Shown here piece after piece: positions 8,111-16,254 of a stretch of DNA of 64,000 bases (the stretch's first letter is position 1; each line of letters opens with the position of its first letter). The stretch comes from a bacterium (GTDB taxonomy: Bacteria > Bacillota_I > Bacilli_A > RFN20 > CAG-826). A program made the position numbers and the translations under genes. Location: positions 26,953-90,952 of the forward strand of contig CAVDSY010000022.1 of NCBI GenBank assembly GCA_963611815.1, written 5' to 3'. The notes below the pieces were generated by a model. That model did no database searches. It had not been told where the DNA came from and saw only the letters and a list, made by a program, of their open reading frames with translations.

Positions 8111-8146
8111 AGCACGATTTCCCCTTTCGAGGAATCGTGCTTTTGT
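8111..8146. terminator. Bidirectional terminator between the small ORF and ppdK
   Basis: AGCACGATT(t)CC pairs with GGAATCGTGCT. It is flanked by an A-run upstream and TTTTGTTTT downstream. The flanking genes are convergent. Confidence 0.7.
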
Positions 8147-8162
8147 TTTGGCTTTGAGCCGA

Positions 8163-10808
8163 TTACTTGCTGTGCTTGATCGCAGCCTGAGCCGCGGCAA
8201 GGCGGGCAAGCGGGACGCGGAAGGGCGAGCAGGAAACGTAGTCGAGGCCGACAGCATCGTAGAATTCGATGGAGGCAGCATCGCCACCGGTTTCGCCGCA
8301 AACGCCGATAAGAAGATTCTTATTGGAGGCGCGGCCACGCTCGACGGCCATCTTCACGAGTTCGCCGACGCCGTCGACGTCGACGGTCTGGAACGGATCG
8401 AATTCGTAAATCTTGCGGTCGTAGTAATAGGGGAGGAACTGGCCGGAGTCATCACGGGAGAAGCCCATGGTGAGCTGGGTGAGGTCGTTGGTCCCGAAGG
8501 AGAAGAACTCGGCTTCTTTGGCGAGTTCGCCAGCGCGGATGCAGGCGCGTGGGATCTCGATCATCATGCCGACGTGGTAGACGAGCTTCTTGCCTTCTTT
8601 GGCCATCTCGTCTTCGACGGTTTTGATGACGGTGTTCTTGGCCCAGCGATACTCTTTGAGCTCTCCGCAGAGAGGAATCATGATCTCAGGCTCGATGTCT
8701 TTGCCAACTTTCTTGCTGGCGGTGATGGCGGCCTGGATGATGGCGCGAGCGAGGACGGCGTAGATTTCAGGGTAGGCAACGCAGAGACGGACGCCACGGA
8801 AACCCATCATCGGGTTGGCCTGGTGGAGCTGGTTGATGCGATCGCGGACCTTCTGCTCGGTGACGCCGAGTTGCTCGGCGATCTCGGCGATGGTTTTGTC
8901 ATCGTGGATCTCGGGGAGGAATTCGTGTAGCGGGGGGTCGAGAAGACGGATGTTGACGTTGGTGTCGGGATTCGCTTCATACATCTGACGGAAATCATCA
9001 GCGAGGAACGGGCGAATCTTCTCGAGGGCGGCTTCGCGCTGTTCGGTCGTGTCGGAGAGGATCATCTCACGCATATGGAGGATACGCTCAGGGGCGAAGA
9101 ACATACGCTCAGTGCGGCAAAGGCCAATGCCTTCGGCGCCGAAACGGTTGCCGTTGTTGGCGTCGGCGACGGTGTTGGCGTTGACGCGGACTTTGAGGCG
9201 ACGATACTTGTCGGCCCAGCCCATGAGACGTCCGAAGTCACCACCGAGGTCGGCGGGGACCATCTTGATGGCGCCTTCATAAACGAGACCAGAGGAACCG
9301 TTGACGGAGAGGATATCGCCTTCGTGATAAACCTTATTGCCGACGGTAACGGTCTTGGCTTCTTCGTTGACGACGATTTCGGTAGCGCCAGCGACGCAGC
9401 ATTTGCCCATCGAGCGGGCAACGACCGCGGCGTGGGAGGTCATGCCGCCACGAGCGGTGAGGATAGCTTCGGAGTTGACCATGCCGATGATGTCCTCAGG
9501 CGAGGTCTCGGCGCGGACGAGGACGACTTTCTTGCCAGCGTCGTGCCACTCTTTGCACTCATCGGCGGTGAAGACGATGGCGCCGGTGCCGGCACCAGGG
9601 GAAGCCGGGAGGCCGTGGATGACGGCGTCGTGAGCTTTGAGGTCAGCGGTGTCGAAAGTCGGGTGGAGCAAGTCGTTGAGCTGCTTCGGCTCGACGCGGA
9701 GGACCGCTTCTTTTTCGTCGATCAAGCCTTCGTCGACGAGGTCGCAGGCGATTTTGAGAGCGGCGCGCGCGGTGCGTTTGCCGTTACGGGCCTGGAGGAA
9801 GTAGAGCCTGCCGCGCTCGACGGTGTACTCCATATCCTGCATATCGTGGAAGTAATTCTCCATGCGCTTGATGGTTGCGAGGAATTCTTCGTAGACTTCC
9901 GGCATCCTCTCTTTGAGGGCGTCGATGTGAAGCGGGGTGCGGACGCCAGCGACGACGTCTTCGCCCTGGGCGTTCGGGAGAAATTCAGCGTAGATTTTCT
10001 TTTCACCAGTGCCGGGGTCGCGAGAGAAAGCGACGCCGGTGCCGGAATCTTCGCCCATGTTGCCGAAGACCATGGTCTGGACGTTGACGGCGGTGCCCCA
10101 TTCATAGGGGATGCCGTTCATCTGACGATAGACGTTGGCGCGGGGATTGTCCCAGCTGCGGAAGACCGCGGCGACGGCCTCTTTGAGCTGGACGTAAGGA
10201 TCGGTCGGGAAATCCTCGCCGAAGATCTTTTTGTAATAGGCTTTGTAGTCCTTGACGAGAGCTTTGAGCTGATCGGTGGTGACTTCGGTGTCAAGCTTGT
10301 AGCCATTGTCGGCTTTGATCTTGTCGAGCATCGCGTCCATGTCGGTGCGCGGATGGCCTTTGGCGATGTTGGTGAACATCAAAATAAAGCGGCGATAGGA
10401 ATCCCAAGCGAAGCGCTCATTGTTGGCGGCTTTCGCGAGCTCATCGACGGTGTTGTCGTTAAGACCGAGGTTGAGGATGGTGTCCATCATGCCCGGCATA
10501 GACTGACGGGCGCCGGAACGGACCGAGACGAGCAAAGGCACGCCGGTGCCTCCGCCGAATGATTTGCCATCGATTTTCTCGACTTCGTGAAGGTGATTCA
10601 CGATGTCATCCCACACGAAATCAGGGATAGCTTTCCCAGAATCGTAGTAAAGGGTGCAAGCTTCGGTGGAAATGGTGAAACCAGCAGGGATGTTAACCCC
10701 GGCGGCGGTCATTTCAGCAAGCCCGAAACCTTTTCCGCCAAGGATGTCCTTGCCGAGATGATTCTCGTGGGCTTCCTTGAAGGAATAGACGTACTTCTTT
10801 TCTGCCAT
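8163..10808 (-). CDS. ppdK: Pyruvate, phosphate dikinase
   Basis: 881 aa. N-terminal ATP-grasp region, phosphohistidine motif GGMTSHAAVVAR, C-terminal PEP-utilising TIM barrel (..GICGE..). SD GGAGGA is upstream. Confidence 0.95.
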   Translation of the reverse strand: MAEKKYVYSFKEAHENHLGKDILGGKGFGLAEMTAAGVNIPAGFTISTEACTLYYDSGKAIPDFVWDDIVNHLHEVEKIDGKSFGGGTGVPLLVSVRSGARQSMPGMMDTILNLGLNDNTVDELAKAANNERFAWDSYRRFILMFTNIAKGHPRTDMDAMLDKIKADNGYKLDTEVTTDQLKALVKDYKAYYKKIFGEDFPTDPYVQLKEAVAAVFRSWDNPRANVYRQMNGIPYEWGTAVNVQTMVFGNMGEDSGTGVAFSRDPGTGEKKIYAEFLPNAQGEDVVAGVRTPLHIDALKERMPEVYEEFLATIKRMENYFHDMQDMEYTVERGRLYFLQARNGKRTARAALKIACDLVDEGLIDEKEAVLRVEPKQLNDLLHPTFDTADLKAHDAVIHGLPASPGAGTGAIVFTADECKEWHDAGKKVVLVRAETSPEDIIGMVNSEAILTARGGMTSHAAVVARSMGKCCVAGATEIVVNEEAKTVTVGNKVYHEGDILSVNGSSGLVYEGAIKMVPADLGGDFGRLMGWADKYRRLKVRVNANTVADANNGNRFGAEGIGLCRTERMFFAPERILHMREMILSDTTEQREAALEKIRPFLADDFRQMYEANPDTNVNIRLLDPPLHEFLPEIHDDKTIAEIAEQLGVTEQKVRDRINQLHQANPMMGFRGVRLCVAYPEIYAVLARAIIQAAITASKKVGKDIEPEIMIPLCGELKEYRWAKNTVIKTVEDEMAKEGKKLVYHVGMMIEIPRACIRAGELAKEAEFFSFGTNDLTQLTMGFSRDDSGQFLPYYYDRKIYEFDPFQTVDVDGVGELVKMAVERGRASNKNLLIGVCGETGGDAASIEFYDAVGLDYVSCSPFRVPLARLAAAQAAIKHSK

Positions 10809-11100
10809 GTTGTCCTCCTAAAGACATTTAAGGGCTTTATAAAAGCCCTAGCGGTGGAATGGTAGCACTTCCGAGGGGTTAGAGGAACAATAAAAGGAAG
10901 GAAAGGGGCCTAAATATAAGGAAAAGGAGAAACCTCTTTTGGAAAGGGGGCCAAACAACCTGCCGTCGATGAGCTTCGCGGCTGGTTTCGTGCTTATCAG
11001 CTTATGGATGTATTGCTGAAACGGACCTACTCCTAAGAGGCCGAAAAACGCGCCGGTTTGTTGGGTTTTCTTTTCCGGGTTTGTGGATATTGAGGTGCGG

Positions 11101-12405
11101 TCAGTTCGCTTGTGAAAGAATGTAATCGACGGCTTGGTCAACGGTGTCGCAGATATAGTCCGGTTTCGCATCGCCGTATTTGACGTATGGCTTGGGATCG
11201 CCCCCGAGCAGCAGGATTGTTTTGCATCCTGCGTTGATTCCGGTTTGGACATCTTGGCAGGTGTCTCCGACAAACCAAGAAGCGGAAAGGTCGATGTTGT
11301 ATTTTTCCTTCGCCTTTAAAAGCATGCCGATTTTTGGTTTGCGGCAATCGCAGTCGATCTTCAGGGCAGGAACTTCGCCAGGGAAGCCTTTGTCGGGGTG
11401 GTGCGGGCAGAAGAAAATGTCGTCAAGATAAGCCCCCTCGTTGCCCAAAAGGTCTTCCATTTTGCAGTGGATTTCGTGCAATCCTTCGAATGTTGTTTCG
11501 CCGCGAGCAATGACGGGTTGGTTGGTAATGCAAATAGCCAAATAAGATGACCCGTTTATGCGCTTGATTGCCTCGGACGCTTGCGGCATGAGCTTTAATT
11601 TTGAGGGATCTGTAACGAAATCGCCGAAGACATTTATCGTCCCGTCTCTATCTAAGAAAATGGCTTTTTGCGGGTTTTTCAGGCATTTTGCGGCGATAAC
11701 TCCTTTTGAACAGTCGTTTATTACCGTTTCATAGCGGCCGGGTGTTCCGGCGTCCTTCACGTATTCAGAGCTGCGGTAAGCATAGGCGCCATCGCAGCCG
11801 ATCGTGGGGATGAGCAAGTCTTTTTCGAAGTCCATTTTGATGGGTTCGTCTTCGAAAGTCTCAAGAAGCAGCGGAGATACACAATAAAGCCCGGCGTTGG
11901 TCAAGTTAGCGTAAAAGAAATCTCTTTCTTGGTTTTTTGGCAATATGTTGATTATCTTGCCGTTTTGGTCGGCCACCAAGACGTCCGAGTCATAAGGGTG
12001 CGAGTTGGGGTGCGTGAAGGCGGTTATTATGGCGTTTCTCTTCTTGTGAAAAGCCATGAATCTCGACCAGTCTACATCGAGCATTAAGTCGCCAAAGCAT
12101 AAGACGAAGTCGTCTTTTATCGATTTGGGAACCAAGGCTAATGCTCCGGCGGAACCGAGCGGGGTTTCTTCGATGATGTAACTGATTTTGCAACCGAGTT
12201 TCTGCCCGCTTCCGAAATAGTCTTGAACGGCGGTTGATCTATTGGAAACAACGAGGATGAATTCCTTTATTCCGGAGGATTTCATCGATTCGATTTGCCA
12301 TTCAAGAATAGGCTTCCCGCATATCTTTACCATCGGCTTCGGCAAGTCGCCTGTAATTGATTTAAGTCTTGTGCCGGCCCCGCCGGCTTGAATAATGGCA
12401 ATCAT
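11101..12405 (-). CDS. Bifunctional sugar-1-phosphate nucleotidyltransferase (HddC/GlmU-like N-terminus) fused to a GmhB-type HAD phosphatase
   Basis: The N-terminus reads IIQAGGAGTRLKSITGDLPKPMV (nucleotidyltransferase signature). The C-terminal ~185 aa read FLDRDGTIN ... TNQP ... CDCRKPKIGML ... GDTCQDVQ (HAD-IIIA D,D-heptose-1,7-bisphosphate/histidinol phosphatase motifs, including a Cys-rich Zn loop). Confidence 0.75.
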   Translation of the reverse strand: MIAIIQAGGAGTRLKSITGDLPKPMVKICGKPILEWQIESMKSSGIKEFILVVSNRSTAVQDYFGSGQKLGCKISYIIEETPLGSAGALALVPKSIKDDFVLCFGDLMLDVDWSRFMAFHKKRNAIITAFTHPNSHPYDSDVLVADQNGKIINILPKNQERDFFYANLTNAGLYCVSPLLLETFEDEPIKMDFEKDLLIPTIGCDGAYAYRSSEYVKDAGTPGRYETVINDCSKGVIAAKCLKNPQKAIFLDRDGTINVFGDFVTDPSKLKLMPQASEAIKRINGSSYLAICITNQPVIARGETTFEGLHEIHCKMEDLLGNEGAYLDDIFFCPHHPDKGFPGEVPALKIDCDCRKPKIGMLLKAKEKYNIDLSASWFVGDTCQDVQTGINAGCKTILLLGGDPKPYVKYGDAKPDYICDTVDQAVDYILSQAN

Positions 12406-12673
12406 TTGGTTTCTCTTTATGCCGTTATTTTAAAACCGTCCCTTTCTTCGAGCAACCGACAGGGATCGGGGGGAGATTATCTTAATAAAGTGCTTTAAAA
12501 CGCTTCATAGCGGTGGTTGAACGCTTCTTTTCGTTAATAGCAGAAATTGCCGAAAATAACGCAACCCTTCCGTTAAATGACAAAACCATGTCTTATTTTC
12601 TAAGTTTTGTCGTCTTTGTCGTGGTACGAGCTTTTTCACGCGGGTGTATTATTTAAGCCGCAAAGGAATCACC

Positions 12674-14233
12674 ATGGACGAACATAACCCTTTAATTCTC
12701 ACCCTCGACTTCGGAACGCAATCGGTTCGGGCCTGCATTTTCGACAAGGAAGGGAACTTGCTTGCCGGAGAAAAAGAGAGCTATGAGCCTGCTTATTTTT
12801 CTCCGAAGCCCGGTTGGGCGGAACAAGATCCGTCTTATTATTTCGATTGTTTGGCGCGGGCCTGTAAACGGCTGTCCTCAGGGCACCCAGAATTGATTTC
12901 TCGCATTGCCGGAATAACCCAGACTTGTTTTAGAGATTCTGCCGTCTTGCTTGACGTTAATTGCCGCCCCGTTCGCCCGATGATTCTTTGGCTTGATCAA
13001 AGAACCGCGAAGTGCAGCGATCCGCTTCCTTGGTCTTCCCGTTTCCTGTTTGCTCTTGTTGGCAAAAGCGAAACGATCCGTCTTAACCGCATAAGGACCG
13101 TCGCTAACTGGGTTAGGGAAAATGAGCCGGAGAATTGGGCGAGAACCAGCAAATATGTGGCCGTCGCCACTTATTTCTTTTATCGACTGACTGGAGAACT
13201 TAAAGACTGCCCGTCTGATTTTACTGGCCACTATCCGATAAATTATCCTAAAAAAGCTTGGTATCCCGATCCCATGAAGCATTTTCAGGCCCGGATTTTC
13301 TCGGTGAGGAGGGACCAACTTTGCGAGCTCGTTCCTAGCCAAAGCCAAATCGGCAATTTGACCAAGGAGGCGGCCTCTCTCCTTGGCCTTGAGCCTGGCG
13401 TTCCGGTTTTCGCCGCGGGAAGCGACAAGTCTTGCGAGACCCTAGGCACCGGAGTCGTTGATGGTTCAATGGCATCCGTTTCTTTTGGAACCGCCTGCAC
13501 CATCGAAGCGCTGAGCGAAAAATACATCTCGCCATTCCCGTTCTTGCCCGCATATCCTTCCGTCCTTCCCAATTTTTATAACCTCGATTTACAGATCTAT
13601 CGCGGATATTGGATGCTTAATTGGTTCTTGAAAGAATTCGGCGCAACGCAGGTGAAGGAAATGATGTCGGATGAACTGAGCCCCAATCTTTTTAATGAGC
13701 ATCTTGAAGATGTTCCTCCTGGATGCGATGGGCTTGTGCTTCAACCTTACTGGGGGTCTGAGCTTGAAAAGCCCGAGGTTCGCGGGACGATCGTCGGGTT
13801 TTCCGACATGACTACGAGGTTCCATGTTTATCGCGCCATCCTCGAAGGCATAGATTACGAACTTCGCTGGGGCATGGAGCGCTTCCAAAAGCTTTTGCAC
13901 ACAGATTTCAAGGAGGTCCGCGTTTCTGGCGGAGGCTCGAAATCTGACGAGGTTTGCCAAATCGCCGCCGATATTCTCGGTAAGAAAATCACCAAAGTTC
14001 AGACAAACGAGAGCTCTTCTTTGGGCGCGGCGATCTCTGGGTTCCTCTCCATCGGCGTATACAAAGACGCCAAGGAGGCGGTGAGGGAAATGGTTCATCC
14101 GGCCAAAGAATTCCTTCCGCGGGAAAAAGAAAAAGCAACCTATGACAAGCTTTATAAAAACGTATATTTAAAGCTCTATCCCAACCTCAAGAAAGAACTT
14201 AAATACCTATATCATTACTCCAAACGTGATTAA
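12674..14233 (+). CDS. FGGY-family carbohydrate kinase
   Basis: LTLDFGTQSVR N-terminal actin-fold motif. 519 aa counted from the ATG at 12674 (AAAGGAA upstream). The track start at 12644 is GTG. Confidence 0.8.
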   Translation: MDEHNPLILTLDFGTQSVRACIFDKEGNLLAGEKESYEPAYFSPKPGWAEQDPSYYFDCLARACKRLSSGHPELISRIAGITQTCFRDSAVLLDVNCRPVRPMILWLDQRTAKCSDPLPWSSRFLFALVGKSETIRLNRIRTVANWVRENEPENWARTSKYVAVATYFFYRLTGELKDCPSDFTGHYPINYPKKAWYPDPMKHFQARIFSVRRDQLCELVPSQSQIGNLTKEAASLLGLEPGVPVFAAGSDKSCETLGTGVVDGSMASVSFGTACTIEALSEKYISPFPFLPAYPSVLPNFYNLDLQIYRGYWMLNWFLKEFGATQVKEMMSDELSPNLFNEHLEDVPPGCDGLVLQPYWGSELEKPEVRGTIVGFSDMTTRFHVYRAILEGIDYELRWGMERFQKLLHTDFKEVRVSGGGSKSDEVCQIAADILGKKITKVQTNESSSLGAAISGFLSIGVYKDAKEAVREMVHPAKEFLPREKEKATYDKLYKNVYLKLYPNLKKELKYLYHYSKRD

Positions 14234-14235
14234 TG

Positions 14236-14262
14236 AAAAAAGCCGCATCACAGCGGCTTTTT
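14236..14262. terminator. Bidirectional terminator between the FGGY kinase and TetR genes
   Basis: AAAAAGCCGC-atcaca-GCGGCTTTTT. It overlaps the last codons of the TetR gene. Confidence 0.65.
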
Positions 14263-14859
14263 AAGAGTCATCGCTAATAGCGTGTCCTTCGAAATCGGCT
14301 TTTTCAGCCTAGCTTCATTGGCCAACAGGCCGCTTATTAAGCCGGTGAACAAATCGAAGAATGCAAACGTGATTTCTTTGGGGTCGCCCGCGATGACCTC
14401 GCCGTCGTTTTGACCCTCCCGTATAAGCCTTTCGAACGTTCCGCAAAGATCGAAGCGAGCAATCGCCTCCTTCACGACAGGCCCCTTTGCATCGCCACGT
14501 TCCATTTCCAAAAGGATTTTCGCGATGTAAAGGTTCTGAGAATCGCTGACTTGGACTTTCTCTGCGATTTCAAAGAACATTTTAAGTCCGTCGACACCGT
14601 GGTATTGGTTCATCTCAGAGGCGCTCAAAAAAGGAGTGGTGGGCCCTAAGACAAAGTTTTTAACCATGGCCTGATAGGCATCGTCTTTGGAGGAGAAATA
14701 ACGGTAGAACAACCCGTGAGATACGCGCGCCCCACGGCTTATGCTGTCCGTTGTTACGTCGGCGTAGCCTTTTGTCGCGAATGCTTTCAGGGCAACATCC
14801 AAAAGGCGCTTTCTTCTTTTTTCTTTGACCACTTTGTTCTGTTCGGGCGTTCTAGGCAT
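14248..14859 (-). CDS. TetR/AcrR-family transcriptional regulator
   Basis: MPRTPEQNKVVKEKRRKRLLDVALKAFATKGYADVTTDSISRGARVSHGLFYRYF is a typical TetR HTH. ATG at 14859 with GGAG 8 nt upstream. The track ORF extends further, to 15003. Confidence 0.8.
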   Translation of the reverse strand: MPRTPEQNKVVKEKRRKRLLDVALKAFATKGYADVTTDSISRGARVSHGLFYRYFSSKDDAYQAMVKNFVLGPTTPFLSASEMNQYHGVDGLKMFFEIAEKVQVSDSQNLYIAKILLEMERGDAKGPVVKEAIARFDLCGTFERLIREGQNDGEVIAGDPKEITFAFFDLFTGLISGLLANEARLKKPISKDTLLAMTLKKPL

Positions 14860-15132
14860 GCGGATATCTCCTTCCCGTATCCTAGAAAGGGGCGAAAAAT
14901 TGTCAATCCGAAAAGGGAGAAATGAAGGCGATGTCTTTTGAGGCAAATTCTCAAAACGGAAGAAAACGCCATCACCACGATTGAATTTTAGTTCAACAAG
15001 CACGCATTATCTTGCTTTAGAACCAAACGTTATTCATTTTTGCTGTTTTTAGCTGACGTTAATTCACCAAGATATACGACTATTTCAAACGGTTCGTCTC
15101 GCTAAAAAGAAATCACCCATTTTTATTACCTA

Positions 15133-15141
15133 TGGTAATAT
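15133..15141 (+). promoter_or_regulatory. Extended -10 (TGgTAATAT) 9 nt before the flavodoxin-like gene ATG (candidate leaderless promoter)
   Basis: TG at 15133-15134, TAATAT at 15136-15141, then cctttcgct, then ATG at 15151. No SD. Confidence 0.4.
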
Positions 15142-15150
15142 CCTTTCGCT

Positions 15151-15687
15151 ATGCGAACACTCATTCTTTATACCTCCGCGAACGGGGGGACAAAAAAATA
15201 CGCCGAAGACATCGCTTCCGGTATCAAGGGGGACGCCTTCCCACTTAAGAAATATAAGTGGAAGGATCTCGATAGCTATGACACGGTCGTTTATGGTGGC
15301 TGGGTCATGGGCGGCAAGATACAAGGCATTGACAATTTTCTCGCGCATATCGAGGAAATGGAGAATAAGAACGTGCTGATTTTTGCTTCCGGGATGGGGA
15401 TGCCAAGCCCCGAGGCAAGGGACAACTTGATTTCCACCAATGTTTTGGACATATACCACGTTCGCTTTTATCAGCTCCGTGGATCGTTTGACTATTCCAA
15501 ACTTCGCTTTCCTTATAGCCTCATCATGAAGACGTCGCTTCGCCAAATGAAAGGCAACCCCGACCTTGCTGGGCAAGCTGATATGATGGAAAGCCTTAAG
15601 AATCATCCGCTGGAGTTTTATGACGCGCAAGGCATCGACAAAATCCTATCGGTCTTGCATCGCCTTTCTGCGGTTGGAAACAAATAA
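15151..15687 (+). CDS. Flavodoxin-domain protein (HemG/flavodoxin_5-like)
   Basis: MRTLILYTSANGGTKKYAEDIA is a flavodoxin-type FMN loop. 178 aa. Confidence 0.65.
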   Translation: MRTLILYTSANGGTKKYAEDIASGIKGDAFPLKKYKWKDLDSYDTVVYGGWVMGGKIQGIDNFLAHIEEMENKNVLIFASGMGMPSPEARDNLISTNVLDIYHVRFYQLRGSFDYSKLRFPYSLIMKTSLRQMKGNPDLAGQADMMESLKNHPLEFYDAQGIDKILSVLHRLSAVGNK

Positions 15688-16247
15688 TGAAACTCATCGT
15701 CGGCCTAGGAAATCCGGGTAAGCAGTACGAATTCACAAGGCACAATATGGGCTTTTTGGCGGTCGATAAGTTCGCCGAGATGTGCAGGGCCGATTTCGAC
15801 CATAAGAAATTCAACGGCGTGTATGCGGTTGTGAAAGACGCCGCCTTCCCTGAAACTTTAATCATTGCCAAACCCGAGACATTCATGAACCTTTCCGGCG
15901 ATTTCGTGAGGCCCTTGATGGAGTATTACAAAATCGCGCCAGCAGATCTTCTCGTTGTTTATGACGATATGGCCTTGCCTTCTGGCAAATTGCGTCTGCG
16001 ACCATCTGGAAGCAGCGGATCGCACAACGGAATGCGCTCAATAATCAGCAATCTCCACACTGAAGCTTTCCCTCGCCTGCGAATCGGCATTGGGGAACCT
16101 GCCCATACCGGAGTTGACTGGGTGCTTGGAAAACCGGAAGGCGAAGAAAAAGAAATAATCCTTGATGGGATAGACAAAGCTTCAAAAGCCATTCGCGATG
16201 TCGTTCAAAAAGGGCTCGCCTATGCGATGAACCATTACAACCAATGA
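15687..16247 (+). CDS. pth: Peptidyl-tRNA hydrolase
   Basis: MKLIVGLGNPG..Y..TRHN.GF signature. The conserved pth-mfd order is present. Confidence 0.92.
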   Translation: MKLIVGLGNPGKQYEFTRHNMGFLAVDKFAEMCRADFDHKKFNGVYAVVKDAAFPETLIIAKPETFMNLSGDFVRPLMEYYKIAPADLLVVYDDMALPSGKLRLRPSGSSGSHNGMRSIISNLHTEAFPRLRIGIGEPAHTGVDWVLGKPEGEEKEIILDGIDKASKAIRDVVQKGLAYAMNHYNQ

Positions 16248-16254
16248 GGATGTC

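Noticed and set aside
8148-10562. Long + strand ORFs (260 aa and 495 aa, plus smaller ones) opposite ppdK
   Set aside because: They are antisense to an unmistakable 881-aa pyruvate phosphate dikinase. Their G/D/V/E-rich low-complexity translation is typical of antisense frames.
11081-11089. Isolated DnaA-box-like TGTGGATAt
   Set aside because: It is a single imperfect copy next to a gene end. Unlike the paired boxes at 54049-54100, it has no partner and no obvious target promoter.
10809-11100. Possible riboswitch or sRNA in the 290-bp region upstream of ppdK
   Set aside because: I found only a short hairpin (AGGGCTT/AAGCCCT, 10830-10850) and pyrimidine-rich tracts. Nothing resembles a known riboswitch class, and I could not support an RNA gene by eye.
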